Origin: Candidatus Poribacteria bacterium
Lineage (GTDB): Bacteria; Poribacteria; WGA-4E; GCA-2687025
Reading direction: 5' to 3'
DNA length: 64,000 nt
NCBI GenBank assembly: GCA_963665845.2
Contig: OY762492.1
Coordinates: forward strand, 800,001-864,000
Part shown: piece after piece, positions 38,371 through 48,248 of the stretch
Layout: every line of letters starts with the position of its first letter
Position numbering within the stretch: position 1 is the stretch's first letter
Translations under genes and position numbers: made by a program
Notes under the pieces: model-generated
Seen by the model: only the letters and a program-made list of their open reading frames with translations
What the model was told of the DNA's origin: nothing
Database searches by the model: none

Positions 38371-39982
38371 AACGCATCCATTCCAGAGACGCCTCAATAA
38401 ACTTGACAAACAGCGGATGCGGCGCGAGCGGGCGCGAACGGAATTCAGGGTGAAACTGCGACCCGACCATCCAAGGGTGGTCGGACGCCTCGGCGATTTC
38501 AACAAGCGACCCGTCCGGCGAAAGCCCGCTCCACACAAGCCCCGCCTCTTCCAGCCGCGCGCGGTAGGCGTTGTTCACCTCATACCTGTGGCGGTGCCGC
38601 TCTTCGATGCGGGTCTCTCCGTAGGCGGCGTGAGCGCGCGTATTGGGTTTGAGAACGCATGGGTACAGCCCCAGCCGCTGCGTTCCGCCTTTGTCGCCTT
38701 CGCGGTCCTGCGTTTCCATGAGATGGATGACGGGGTGCGGCGCGTTTTCGTCAAACTCGGCGCTGTTTGCGCCCGCGAGGCCGGCGCTCCGCGCCCGTTC
38801 AATGACCATGCACTGCAAGCCGAGGCACAAGCCGAGGTACGGCAGGCGGTTTTCACGCGCGTAACGGATGGCGCAAATCATGCCTTCGATGCCGCGGTAG
38901 CCGTATCCGCCGGGGACGAGCATTCCGCCGACGCCTTCAAATCGGCTCGACAGATTGTCCGCTTCGGTCAGTTCGTCTGACTCGATCCAGCGGATTTGGA
39001 CGCGCGCTTCGTTGGCGATTCCGCCATGCTTCAGCGCCTCCTTGACGCTTAGGTAGGCGTCGCCATGCTCGGTGTATTTTCCGACGACCGCGATCTCGAC
39101 GGCGCGCTTCGGATTTTTGAGCCGACGCGTCATCGCCTCCCATTTGCCGCATTCAACCTGTTCCCGTTGCGGCAGGCGCATGCGTCGGACGACAAGGTCG
39201 CCGACGCCCTCGCGTTCAAAGAGCAGCGGCGCCTCTTCGATCTCCTCAACGTCGGAGGCTTCGATGACCGCTTCCACCGGGACGCCGCATGTGGAGGCGA
39301 TCTTGCGGCGTATCTCTTTCGACAGGTCAACCGAGGTTCTGCAGATCAGAACATCCGGCTGTATGCCGAGCGCGAGCAGGGCGCGGACGCTGTGCTGCGT
39401 CGGCTTCGTTTTCATTTCGCCCCATGGGGAGGCTTGCGCGATCGGAATCACATGCATGAAAAGCGTGTTTTCGACGCCGCGCTCAATGCGTATTTCCCGT
39501 ATCGCTTCCACGAAGGGCGGCGTTTCAAAGTCGCCGATGGTGCCGCCGATTTCAACAATCAGAATGTCGGAGCGGGTCTCGCTGAGGGCGTAGTAGATGC
39601 GCTCCTTGATCTCGTTGGTGATGTGCGGGATCAGCTGCACCGTTTCGCCGAGGTACTCTCCCGCCCGTTCTTTTTCGATGACCGCCTGATAGACGGCTCC
39701 GCTGGTGAAGTTGGAGTACTGCCTGCAGTCGACGCCGAGGAAGCGTTCATAGTTGCCGAGGTCTAGGTCCGTTTCGGCGCCGTCGTTGGTGACGAACACT
39801 TCGCCGTGCTGGAACGGGTTCATGGTTCCCGCGTCGACATTGACGTAGGGGTCGATTTTGAGCGCGTTGACGCGGTATCCCCTGCTGGTTAAGGCGCGTC
39901 CGAGCGAGGCGGTTGCAATGCCCTTTCCGATGGAGGACATGACGCCGCCCGTTACAAAGATCATTTTGCCTTCGCTTCTCAT
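38360..39982 (-). CDS. pyrG: CTP synthase
   Basis: FVTGGVMSSIGKG, KIDPYVNVDAGTMNP, GLCLG, ERHRHRYE, QFHPE. Confidence 0.98.
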   Translation of the reverse strand: MRSEGKMIFVTGGVMSSIGKGIATASLGRALTSRGYRVNALKIDPYVNVDAGTMNPFQHGEVFVTNDGAETDLDLGNYERFLGVDCRQYSNFTSGAVYQAVIEKERAGEYLGETVQLIPHITNEIKERIYYALSETRSDILIVEIGGTIGDFETPPFVEAIREIRIERGVENTLFMHVIPIAQASPWGEMKTKPTQHSVRALLALGIQPDVLICRTSVDLSKEIRRKIASTCGVPVEAVIEASDVEEIEEAPLLFEREGVGDLVVRRMRLPQREQVECGKWEAMTRRLKNPKRAVEIAVVGKYTEHGDAYLSVKEALKHGGIANEARVQIRWIESDELTEADNLSSRFEGVGGMLVPGGYGYRGIEGMICAIRYARENRLPYLGLCLGLQCMVIERARSAGLAGANSAEFDENAPHPVIHLMETQDREGDKGGTQRLGLYPCVLKPNTRAHAAYGETRIEERHRHRYEVNNAYRARLEEAGLVWSGLSPDGSLVEIAEASDHPWMVGSQFHPEFRSRPLAPHPLFVKFIEASLEWMRFAP

Positions 39983-40073
39983 GGTGGTTCCCCGCTTGAA
40001 CTGGATCGACTTTCCGCTCGTTAAGAGAACGCGCGCATGCCCGTTTGCGTTGCGATCTTAGCGTCCGGCGGTA

Positions 40074-40102
40074 AGGATACAGCATGCGGGGCTTGAGCGC
40101 AA
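40074..40102 (-). promoter_or_regulatory. sigma70-type promoter of pyrG
   Basis: TTGCGC-17-TATCCT. Confidence 0.55.
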
Positions 40103-40167
40103 CGTTCGCATGACCTTGTGTCTTTATTTTGGACATGTCGGCATGACGTCTTACCGCTGTCTCCTTT

Positions 40168-40850
40168 TCATGACGCGTCCGCCGGCGGTTTTTCCTCCGC
40201 GTCCGCTTTCTTCTTTCTATGGTTTCGCCATATCTCTATCGCTGTTGCAAACAGGTTATGGAGAAAATGTGAGACCGCCGTCACCCAAAAGGCGGTCCAA
40301 AAGCTGTCCTGCAGCCAGAAAGCGAATGCGAATCCCCAATACATCCCGCCGTGTATCCCGACGCCAACCCCAGCCTCAATAGAATCTGCAAAATGATCCC
40401 ACGCAAACAGAAACGCAGAGACGGCAACCTGCGTTCCCAAGCCCAGCCCCATCCATTTGAAAGCGCCGATGACCAGCGCTTGAAACAGCAGCGTTTCAAC
40501 GACGGGCGCAAACAGCAAAAGACAAACGCTTCCTCAACCGAGCTCGCACCCTCAAAACGCCCTTTCTTTTTGGGCGCTTTGACCGACTTTCGAATGAGAA
40601 TTCGCGCAAACAAAAGTACAAAATTTACGGCTAGGCATTCTGATGTGATGAGCAGGCAGAACGGCCATGGCGAAAACCGTTCATACCGCCGCAGCCAGCC
40701 GACCGCCCACTCATGCTGATTGGTATGCCGACCCAGCCATGCAATCAACGCTGCCGCGGCAAGCGCCGCGCCGATCAACAGCGCCCGTCGGGGTCCGCTT
40801 TTTCCGCCTTTTTTGTCAACAGACGGTTCCGCGTTCTCATTCTCGCTCAA
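40168..40850 (-). pseudogene. frameshifted CPBP/Abi-family membrane protein (paralog of 40989..41672)
   Basis: ORFs 40281..40943 and 40168..40518 together match the neighbour; one base missing in a T4 run at 40517-40520. Confidence 0.8.
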
Positions 40851-40988
40851 CGGGCGGCTCTTCCTGTTCGTTGTTGCGTTTCTGAAGGAAAGAAGGCGGG
40901 TTCTACTGAACATTACGTTTGCCGAAAACGGCGGCTCTGTCAAGAGAGAACGGCTAAAGCGGCGCAGAAACCGTCCGCTGTCTCCTTT

Positions 40989-41672
40989 TCATGACGCGTC
41001 CGCCGGCGGTTTTTCCTCCGCGTTTGCCTTCTTCTTTCTATGTTTTCGCCAGATAAGTATTGCGACTGGAAACAGGTTGTTGAGAAAATGCGAGACCGCC
41101 GTCACCCAAAAGGCGGTCCAAAAGCTGCCCTGCAGCCAGAAGGCGAATGTGAACCCAAAATACAGCCCGCCCGGGATCCCGGCGGCAACCCCCACTGCAA
41201 TAGACTCCGCAAAATGAATCGAAGCAAACAGAAACGCAGAGGCGGCAACCTGCGTTCCCATGCCCAGCCCCAGCCATTTGAGAGCGCCGATGATCAACGC
41301 CTGGAACAGCAGCGTTTCAACGACGGGCGCAAACAGTAAAGTAAAAAACGCGAGCTCGGCCGAGCTTTTATCCTCAAAGCGCGCCTTCTTTTTGGGCGCC
41401 TTGACCGCCTTTCGAATACGAGTGTGCGCGATTGACAAGGCAACGCTCACGGCTAAACCCTCTAATGTGATGAGCAGGCAGAACGACCATGGCGAAAACC
41501 TTTCATACCGCCGAAGCCAGCCGACCGCCCACTCATGCTGATTGGTATGCCGACCCAGCCATGCAATCAACGCTGCCGCGGTAAGCGCGGCGCCGATCAA
41601 CAGCGCCCGTCGGGGTCCGCTTTTCCCGTCGTTTTCATCAACTGACGGTTCCGCGTTTTCATTCTCGCTCAA
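40989..41672 (-). CDS. CPBP/Abi (type II CAAX-like) intramembrane protease family protein
   Basis: APVVETLLFQ, FASIH, VSHFLNN motifs. Confidence 0.8.
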   Translation of the reverse strand: MSENENAEPSVDENDGKSGPRRALLIGAALTAAALIAWLGRHTNQHEWAVGWLRRYERFSPWSFCLLITLEGLAVSVALSIAHTRIRKAVKAPKKKARFEDKSSAELAFFTLLFAPVVETLLFQALIIGALKWLGLGMGTQVAASAFLFASIHFAESIAVGVAAGIPGGLYFGFTFAFWLQGSFWTAFWVTAVSHFLNNLFPVAILIWRKHRKKKANAEEKPPADAS

Positions 41673-43101
41673 CGGGCGGTTCCTCTTGTTCGCTTTTGCG
41701 TTTCTGTTCGGTACGCTCTACAAGTTTATATGCGGCGACCAGCGCCGCCCCCGGCAGATTATGCAGCGAATGGGCGACCGCCGTTACCCAAAACGCCGTC
41801 CAAAAAGATTCCCCCATCCAATGCGCAAACGCGAAGCCCAGATAGACGCCGCCCGGCAAACCTGCCGCGATGCCTGAACCTGCAGAATTGGTGAAATGAG
41901 CAAACGCAAACAGAGCCGCCGACGCCGCAGCCTGCGTTCCCAGATCCGCTCCAACAAGCCTCAACAGAAGGACGGGAGCCGCCTGCAGCGCAAACGTCTC
42001 ATAGATGGGCGCCTCCGCCAGCACATATGCAGCCCGCATGTTTTTGATTTCAAGGATCGGATCGATGTTCTCTTTTTTCGGTTGAGGGTCAATGTTCTCT
42101 TTTTTCGGTTGAGGCTCGCGCGTCTCTCCGCTCTCATGTTCTTCGTCGGGTTCAACAGGTTTGGGCGGCTTCATCCGAGCGCGCAGTTCAGACAACCTTT
42201 GCCGTAGGCGCGAGCGGTCCACAAATACCGCAATGGGCATTAGCAGCAGGCTCACAACGAGCGTCTCAAGCGCGAGCCATAAACAAAACGCCCACTGCCC
42301 ATGCTTGCTGTATCGCGCCGTTAGCCATTCAAACGCCCACGCAAACGAACCGCCGCTCAACAGGAACGCCAACAGGAGAACAGCCGCGACCGCCAGCAGC
42401 AGCCGCCAGTGCGGAGCCGCCTGTTTTGCGCCGTTCCGCGCCGCTAGACCGAGCGCTACGTAAAGCGTATTCAGCCCATGCGCCGACGCATGCAGCGCCA
42501 ACGCAAGCGCGAACGCGACCGCCCATGAAACGCCGGCGCCGTAGGCGAACGCGGTTGCCGCATACAGATTCTGCGTACCCCAAAACAGCCATGACCAGCT
42601 CCCGCGGCGGTGAAAAAACAGCGCGGACAGATAAACGGAAACGGCAATCTGTCCCACGGCGCCGATGTCGAAGCGGCTCAATAGAAACATCGGAACGGCT
42701 TGAAGCGCCGCCGCATAAAAAGCGGGCGCGGCGGCGAGGTCGATCAAAACATTTTTGACGGAGCGGCGGTTCGATGCCTGAAACGAGGCTTTTTTGCCAA
42801 GTCCAAAAAGACGCAGGACAGGAATCCAATTGCGCAGATTCGGAAGCGCCGCCTCGCGCCCGAAAAGGCGCAGAAGGGTCAAAAGCGCCGCGCCGACCGC
42901 AAACATCTCCACGGCGGCGCGCCAGCCGAAACCCCATGCGGACAGCTCCGCATATCTGTTCAGCCACACATCCGCCAGCCCGATCTTGTCAACAAACCGA
43001 CTCAACCAGACAAGCAGCCCCAAACCGACCAAGGCGGCTCCGACGCGCAGCAGGCGTTTGATCTTGTCCCTTGGCGGCGCCGCGCCGCCCTTCTCGTTCA
43101 T
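41659..43101 (-). CDS. two-domain CPBP/Abi-family membrane protein
   Basis: Degenerate N-terminal copy (ALHASAH) plus C-terminal APIYETFALQ, FAFAH, AHSLHN; 27-bp tandem repeat QPKKENIDP x2. Confidence 0.8.
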   Translation of the reverse strand: MNEKGGAAPPRDKIKRLLRVGAALVGLGLLVWLSRFVDKIGLADVWLNRYAELSAWGFGWRAAVEMFAVGAALLTLLRLFGREAALPNLRNWIPVLRLFGLGKKASFQASNRRSVKNVLIDLAAAPAFYAAALQAVPMFLLSRFDIGAVGQIAVSVYLSALFFHRRGSWSWLFWGTQNLYAATAFAYGAGVSWAVAFALALALHASAHGLNTLYVALGLAARNGAKQAAPHWRLLLAVAAVLLLAFLLSGGSFAWAFEWLTARYSKHGQWAFCLWLALETLVVSLLLMPIAVFVDRSRLRQRLSELRARMKPPKPVEPDEEHESGETREPQPKKENIDPQPKKENIDPILEIKNMRAAYVLAEAPIYETFALQAAPVLLLRLVGADLGTQAAASAALFAFAHFTNSAGSGIAAGLPGGVYLGFAFAHWMGESFWTAFWVTAVAHSLHNLPGAALVAAYKLVERTEQKRKSEQEEPPVERE

Positions 43102-43394
43102 TTCTTGCCCTTTTCTCCCGCTCAAGCAGGTTCCTGGTTTTTATTAAGTGTAAACGAATTATCGGCGCATGGATTCCCTCCCCTTTTTTCATTCATGGGC
43201 GCGCCGCGTCCGATTCCCGCTTACGCGGGAATGACGAATAGCCCAATAACAGCGGTTGGGGCGCGGTTTCTGGACTCCCCCCTTGAAAAGAGGGGCTGGG
43301 GGGTTTTAGTTCCGTGCGCGGAATCACGATTAGCATAACTCGAACGGGATTTTCGTCGTCATCGCCTGTAGAGACTGCCCGCGGCGAGGCAAGC

Positions 43395-43423
43395 TTGACA
43401 CGCGCCGCCGCATCGTGTATCGT
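43395..43423 (+). promoter_or_regulatory. sigma70-type promoter
   Basis: TTGACA-17-TATCGT. Confidence 0.6.
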
Positions 43424-43456
43424 CTTTACGCGGCATACCATAAAGGCGGGAGAAAA

Positions 43457-44842
43457 ATGGCGTCCTCCAAACCGAACATACTTGTTTTCCTGACAGACGA
43501 CCACGGCCAATGGGCGTTGCCAACCTACGGCAACTCCGAAATATCCGCCCCCAACATCGATTATCTAGCCGCCAACGGCGCCGTCATGGAGAACGGCTTC
43601 ACGCCTTCCCCCGTCTGTTCGCCCGCCCGCGCCAGCTTCTTTACAGGGCTGCTTCCGTCCCAGCATGGCGTTCATGACTGGCTGCGCGAATCGGAGCAGG
43701 CGCTGACGCATGACGGCATCGACAACAAAACGAACATCGCCGAGCTGCTTCAAGCGGACGGCTACCACACAGGGCTTGTCGGCAAATGGCACTGCGGCCG
43801 CTCCTCCGAGCCGAAGCGCGGATTCGACCGCTGGTTCAGCTATCAGGTCGCCCAGTATCCCCATTTCGGCGTCCAAAACTTCTCCGATCAAGGCGAGCAT
43901 GTCCAGCGCAAAGGGCATCAATCGGCGCTTTTGACCGACGAAGCGGCAGCCTTCCTGCGCGGCAGACCTCAAGACCGCCCCTTCTTTCTGTTTGTCGGAT
44001 ATGTCAACACGCACGGACCGCACCGCGACCAGCCCGAACGGCTTGTCGACCATTACCGCCGAAACGCGTCGTTCGATGACATACCGAAGGAGACCTTCGC
44101 CGAATGCCATGGGATTCGCGGGCGGCGCGTATGGCCGGCGGAAGATGTCTACCGCGAGGAGCTGGCGCAGTACTACGCCTCCGTCACGATGATCGATGAC
44201 CAGGTCGGGCGGGTTTTGGACGAGCTGGACGCGCAAGGCGCGATGGACGACACCTTGATCGTTTATACGGGCGACCATGGACATATGAATGGGCATCATG
44301 GGATGTTCAACAAAGGGAACGGAACCATCCCGCAAAATTTCATCGAGGAGTCGATACGCATTCCGTATATCGCCATGTGGCGCGGCGGGTTTGAGGCGGG
44401 GCAGCGGCGCGCGGAATCGGTTGACCTGTGCGACTGGATGCCGACGCTGCTGGACGCCGCCGGCATGGAAACGCCGGAGGAGATTCATACGCCTGGGCGT
44501 TCCTTTTTGCCGCTGCTAAAGGGAGAAGCGGTTGAATGGCGGGACGCGCAATTCTGCGAATACGGCAACGCCCGCATGATACGCGCTGACGGATACAAGC
44601 TGATACGGCGTTATCCTGGACCGAACGGACATTTTCCGGATGAGCTGTACGATCTCCAGAACGACCCGCGCGAGCGGGAGAACCGTATCGACAGGGCGGA
44701 GTATGCGGACATCGCGGCGCAGCTGACCGCCCGTTTGGACGCGCATTTTGAAACGTATGAAACGGCTGAATGCTCTGGGCGCGACATCGCCGCGCGTCCA
44801 AGATGCAACGCGAATGAGCCGTGGCGCCGCGCTGTTTCTTAA
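43457..44842 (+). CDS. sulfatase
   Basis: KPNILVFLTDDH, CSPAR motif, GKWH, YTGDHG. Confidence 0.95.
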   Translation: MASSKPNILVFLTDDHGQWALPTYGNSEISAPNIDYLAANGAVMENGFTPSPVCSPARASFFTGLLPSQHGVHDWLRESEQALTHDGIDNKTNIAELLQADGYHTGLVGKWHCGRSSEPKRGFDRWFSYQVAQYPHFGVQNFSDQGEHVQRKGHQSALLTDEAAAFLRGRPQDRPFFLFVGYVNTHGPHRDQPERLVDHYRRNASFDDIPKETFAECHGIRGRRVWPAEDVYREELAQYYASVTMIDDQVGRVLDELDAQGAMDDTLIVYTGDHGHMNGHHGMFNKGNGTIPQNFIEESIRIPYIAMWRGGFEAGQRRAESVDLCDWMPTLLDAAGMETPEEIHTPGRSFLPLLKGEAVEWRDAQFCEYGNARMIRADGYKLIRRYPGPNGHFPDELYDLQNDPRERENRIDRAEYADIAAQLTARLDAHFETYETAECSGRDIAARPRCNANEPWRRAVS

Positions 44843-44847
44843 GGAGA

Positions 44848-45915
44848 ATGATCATTCCGCGCATAGATGTTTTCAGAACGCGAATATGCCTCGGCGCATG
44901 CCTCATGGCGGGGCTGGCGTTCCTCTTTATGGGGTGCGATCAACTGCGCAGCCTGCTTGAGCCGGACGCCGCAACGGACGCGGAATGTGTAGAAGCAGGG
45001 CGCGTTCTCAAGGTCGGCTTTTACGCCGATTTCTCCCCTGTCAGCTACAGCGCCGACGCCGATCCGAACGCCGACGGTTTCAACGAGCATATGGGATATG
45101 AAGCGGATCTGCTGACCGCGCTTGAGGCGGTGGATGACCTGGGCGCGGCCTTCACCCGCAGCGGCATCGCTGAATGGCCGGGCATCTGGCTCAAATCGGC
45201 TGAGCCTGAATACGACCTGATCGGCGGCGGAATCACCATACTGGAGTCCAGGACGCGCGATGAAAACGGCGTCCCAAAGATCGCGTTCACATCGGGGCAT
45301 ATTGTATTTCGTCAATCGCTTTTAGTACGCGCTGAAGACGCCGACCGCCTTGCCTCGCATGCGGCGCTCACGTCCGATGTGCGCGTCGGCGTACTGGCCG
45401 CCACTACCGGCGAAGCGCGCCTGCTTCAACTCACTGGCATGGCGGACAGCGAAGGCGTTCTGACCAAAGGAACGCGCGTCTCAACGCCGAACGGAGAGGT
45501 TGAAGCGGACGGAACGGCCGAGTACATGATCACCGCCGCCCAGGCGTCGCCCAGTCTAGAAGGGCGTACCCACATCATCCCCGCCGCCGACCATATGCCG
45601 CAGGCGGCGTATTTCAGCGGCGACGCGGAATTGCTTGAAGCGCTGGCAGACGGAAGCATTGACGCCATCGCGCGCGGCGAAATCGGCAACCGCGGCGCCT
45701 CCCATGTCTCCGACGGCGCCTTCGTTGTCACGGCGTTGGACGATCAGGTGGAATACGGCGGGTTCACGCTCGCGCTGGAGGATGCCGACCTGCTCGCCTG
45801 CATAGACGAACGGCTCCGTTTTTTGACGGACGGAGGCAATATCGGTTATGGGGAATGGCTAGAGAACCCGAAGATCTTCCTTGAGCGCGCTGCAATGTGG
45901 AACGCGAAAAAATAA
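44848..45915 (+). CDS. extracellular solute-binding (family 3-like) lipoprotein
   Basis: AAGGAG SD; lipobox-like LFMGC; LKVGFYADFSPVSY, GYEADL, GGITILESR. Confidence 0.8.
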   Translation: MIIPRIDVFRTRICLGACLMAGLAFLFMGCDQLRSLLEPDAATDAECVEAGRVLKVGFYADFSPVSYSADADPNADGFNEHMGYEADLLTALEAVDDLGAAFTRSGIAEWPGIWLKSAEPEYDLIGGGITILESRTRDENGVPKIAFTSGHIVFRQSLLVRAEDADRLASHAALTSDVRVGVLAATTGEARLLQLTGMADSEGVLTKGTRVSTPNGEVEADGTAEYMITAAQASPSLEGRTHIIPAADHMPQAAYFSGDAELLEALADGSIDAIARGEIGNRGASHVSDGAFVVTALDDQVEYGGFTLALEDADLLACIDERLRFLTDGGNIGYGEWLENPKIFLERAAMWNAKK

Positions 45916-45952
45916 GCGGGCGCATGTCAGCAAAAGCCCGCGCCCCTCATCC

Positions 45953-46425
45953 TGTCATTCCCGCCCCTGCGGTAAAACGCGCGGGAATCTTAGGCGACGC
46001 AGACGACCTGCATATTCGTCATCCCCGTCCATTCTACACGCTGTCATTCCCGCGCAAGCGGGAATCCAGAGGCGCCGCAGACGACATCCGCGTTCACCTC
46101 AAACGTTCATCCTACCCGCCGTCATTCCCGCGTAAGCGGGAATCCAGAGTCTTCTTGCGGCGCTGAAAACCCCCCTAGCCCCCCTTTTCAATGGGGGAAC
46201 GGCCAGCGACGCACAAGCGGGAATCCAGAGGCGCCGCAGTCGACATCCGCGTTCACCTTAAACGTCCATCCTACCCGCCGTCATTCCCGCGTAAGCGGGA
46301 ATCTTAAGGCACACCAGCCGCCGGGCGCGCCTAAAACCCCCCCAGCCCCTTTTTTCAAGGGGGAACGATGCGCCCGCCGATCGTCATCCCGCCCCTGCGA
46401 TAAAACGCGCGGGAATCCAGAGTTC
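45953..46425. repeat. REP/BIME-like cluster
   Basis: At least six GTCATTCCC...GGGAATC units with duplicated linkers and two CCCC-TTTTCAA-GGGG palindromes. Confidence 0.85.
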
Positions 46426-46455
46426 ATCCAGACAGCTTCCGCAGGGAAGGAGTTT

Positions 46456-46495
46456 TTTAAAACAACATACCCGCCCCATAGGATTTGGAGCGGGC
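46456..46495 (-). terminator. putative intrinsic terminator
   Basis: Minus strand CCCGCTCCA-loop-TGGGGCGGG followed by TATGTTGTTTT, just after the 46528 stop. Confidence 0.5.
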
Positions 46496-46527
46496 GTTTT
46501 CAGGATGCGGAAGGAATCGAAACCGCC

Positions 46528-47196
46528 TTAGCTGGTTTCTTTATTCCGTTTCGCTTTCGGGTTCATTTTCGACTGAATCGCCGCGCCGAGAGCATGCAGA
46601 GCCGCTGCCGCGTCGTCGGTCGACCCTGTATGAACGATATTCGTTCCGTTCTCCGTATGCTGAACAGACGTCTCAATGTTTTTCCGCTGCAGATACAGCC
46701 GCGCCGCGGTCGGCGTGAGGCGTCCGCCGCGCGCCGCCAACTTAGCGAGATGCGGTTTGCCCTTGCTCATCTCATGGCGCATTTCGGCATGCGCTTGGAC
46801 GATCGGGACCCGCTCTTCGTTCTCGGTTGCGATGCGGAGCTCAAATCCGTCGTCGGTCAGATGAACGGAGCGCGACACATCTCGCATGCCGCGCCTGCGC
46901 CGTTCATGTCCATGGCGTCCGCGGCGTTCGGGTCGTCCTCGCCGCGCGCCGCTTCTTGAACCTCGGCGCGCATCGCTTCGGCGTTCGGGTCGTCCTCGCC
47001 GCGCGCCGCTTCTTGAACCTCGGCGCGCATCGCTTCGGCGTTCAGGGCGTCCGCGCCTTTCATGTCCTGGTCTTCCGCGCCGTTCATGGCGTTTCGGACC
47101 TCGCCGCGCGCCGCTTCGGCGTTCTGGTCGCCCTCGCCGTTCATGGCGTTTCGGACCTCGCCGGCTGTTTCCTCGTTCTGTTTCTTTTCTCAACAT
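46528..47196 (-). CDS. hypothetical protein with Arg-rich tandem-repeat N-terminus
   Basis: GGAGGA SD before MLRKETER; RRGRPERRSDARRGSRSGA repeats (57-bp units); globular-looking C-terminal half. Confidence 0.7.
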   Translation of the reverse strand: MLRKETERGNSRRGPKRHERRGRPERRSGARRGPKRHERRGRPGHERRGRPERRSDARRGSRSGARRGRPERRSDARRGSRSGARRGRPERRGRHGHERRRRGMRDVSRSVHLTDDGFELRIATENEERVPIVQAHAEMRHEMSKGKPHLAKLAARGGRLTPTAARLYLQRKNIETSVQHTENGTNIVHTGSTDDAAAALHALGAAIQSKMNPKAKRNKETS

Positions 47197-47274
47197 TTCC
47201 TCCGTTGATTTTGCTTCGCCGCCGCTCCGCATGCTTTCATGCGTTTGGGCGGCTTCTTTTGTCTTTCAATCATC

Positions 47275-47303
47275 TTAGACGCCGCCGCCCGCTAAAAGGT
47301 TGA
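47275..47303 (-). promoter_or_regulatory. putative ECF-sigma promoter
   Basis: TCAACC-16-CGTCTAA, matching the ECF AAC / CGTCnAA pattern. Confidence 0.45.
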
Positions 47304-47463
47304 GCGCATCTGGACGGCGCCTGCGGCGCCTAAGATTCCCGCTTACGCGGGAATGACAACATGGGGGCGCGGGAATGATGAGTTGGGGCGCGGCGCCGTT
47401 CCCTCTTGGGCGCGGTCTATGTTACACTGGATATATCACATAAAAAACGCGAAGGGCGCGAAA

Positions 47464-48219
47464 ATGCGTTTGAAAGGCAAAAGAGCCTTCATCACAGGAG
47501 CGGGAAGCGGCATCGGATGGGAGACGGCGCGGCGGATGGTCTCGGAAGGGGCGCAAGCCGCTCTCGTCAGCCTCCCGTCAGACGAAGTGGAACGCAAAGC
47601 GAAGCGGCTGCGCCCCTCCGCCGTAGGTCTCTCCGCGGATGTCTCGGACGAAGCGCAGGTGAAACATGCGGTCGAAGCGGCTGTCAAAGCGTTCGGCGGC
47701 ATCGATATACTGGCCGCCTGCGCCGGCATTCAGCTCCATGTTGAAGACCGCGATCTCCATACGCTCCAATCGGAAACGTGGGACAGAACGCACAATGTGA
47801 ATTACCGCGGCGTCTTTTTGACGGTCAAGCATGTCTTAAATGAGATGGTTAAATCGGGGGGCGGAGGCTCCATTGCGATCGTCTCCTCCGTCACAGGTTT
47901 GAGCGGTTTTTCAGCAAACCCCGCCTATTTGAGCGGCAAGCATGGCTTGATCGGTTTGAGTCGGTATACCGCCGTCCATTACGGCAAATACGGGATTCGC
48001 TGCAACGCGGTCTGCCCAGGCGCGCTGGAACGGACGCCGAACCATGAGAAGCATCCCAACCCGAAGGGGCGCGCCGAGCGTTTTGAGGCGCGCGTTCCCC
48101 TTGGACGCCTCGGCGCGCCGGCGGAGATTGCCAACGCGCTTGTTTTTCTGTCCAGCGACGAAGCCTCCTACATCAGCGGCGCCTGCTTAACGATAGACGG
48201 CGGACTCTCCGCCGCGTAA
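47464..48219 (+). CDS. SDR family oxidoreductase
   Basis: ITGAGSGIG, YLSGK, IRCNAVCPG, TIDGG. Confidence 0.95.
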   Translation: MRLKGKRAFITGAGSGIGWETARRMVSEGAQAALVSLPSDEVERKAKRLRPSAVGLSADVSDEAQVKHAVEAAVKAFGGIDILAACAGIQLHVEDRDLHTLQSETWDRTHNVNYRGVFLTVKHVLNEMVKSGGGGSIAIVSSVTGLSGFSANPAYLSGKHGLIGLSRYTAVHYGKYGIRCNAVCPGALERTPNHEKHPNPKGRAERFEARVPLGRLGAPAEIANALVFLSSDEASYISGACLTIDGGLSAA

Positions 48220-48248
48220 AGGAGACCTCCCCGCCCAGGCTTCTGAAC

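Noticed and set aside
45953-46425. Possible CRISPR or ncRNA in the repeat cluster
   Set aside because: Irregular spacing and duplicated linkers; explained as a REP/BIME-like cluster.
46857-47144. Acidic repeat ORF in an alternative frame
   Set aside because: Short and not joined to the downstream globular domain; the Arg-rich frame has an SD and is continuous.
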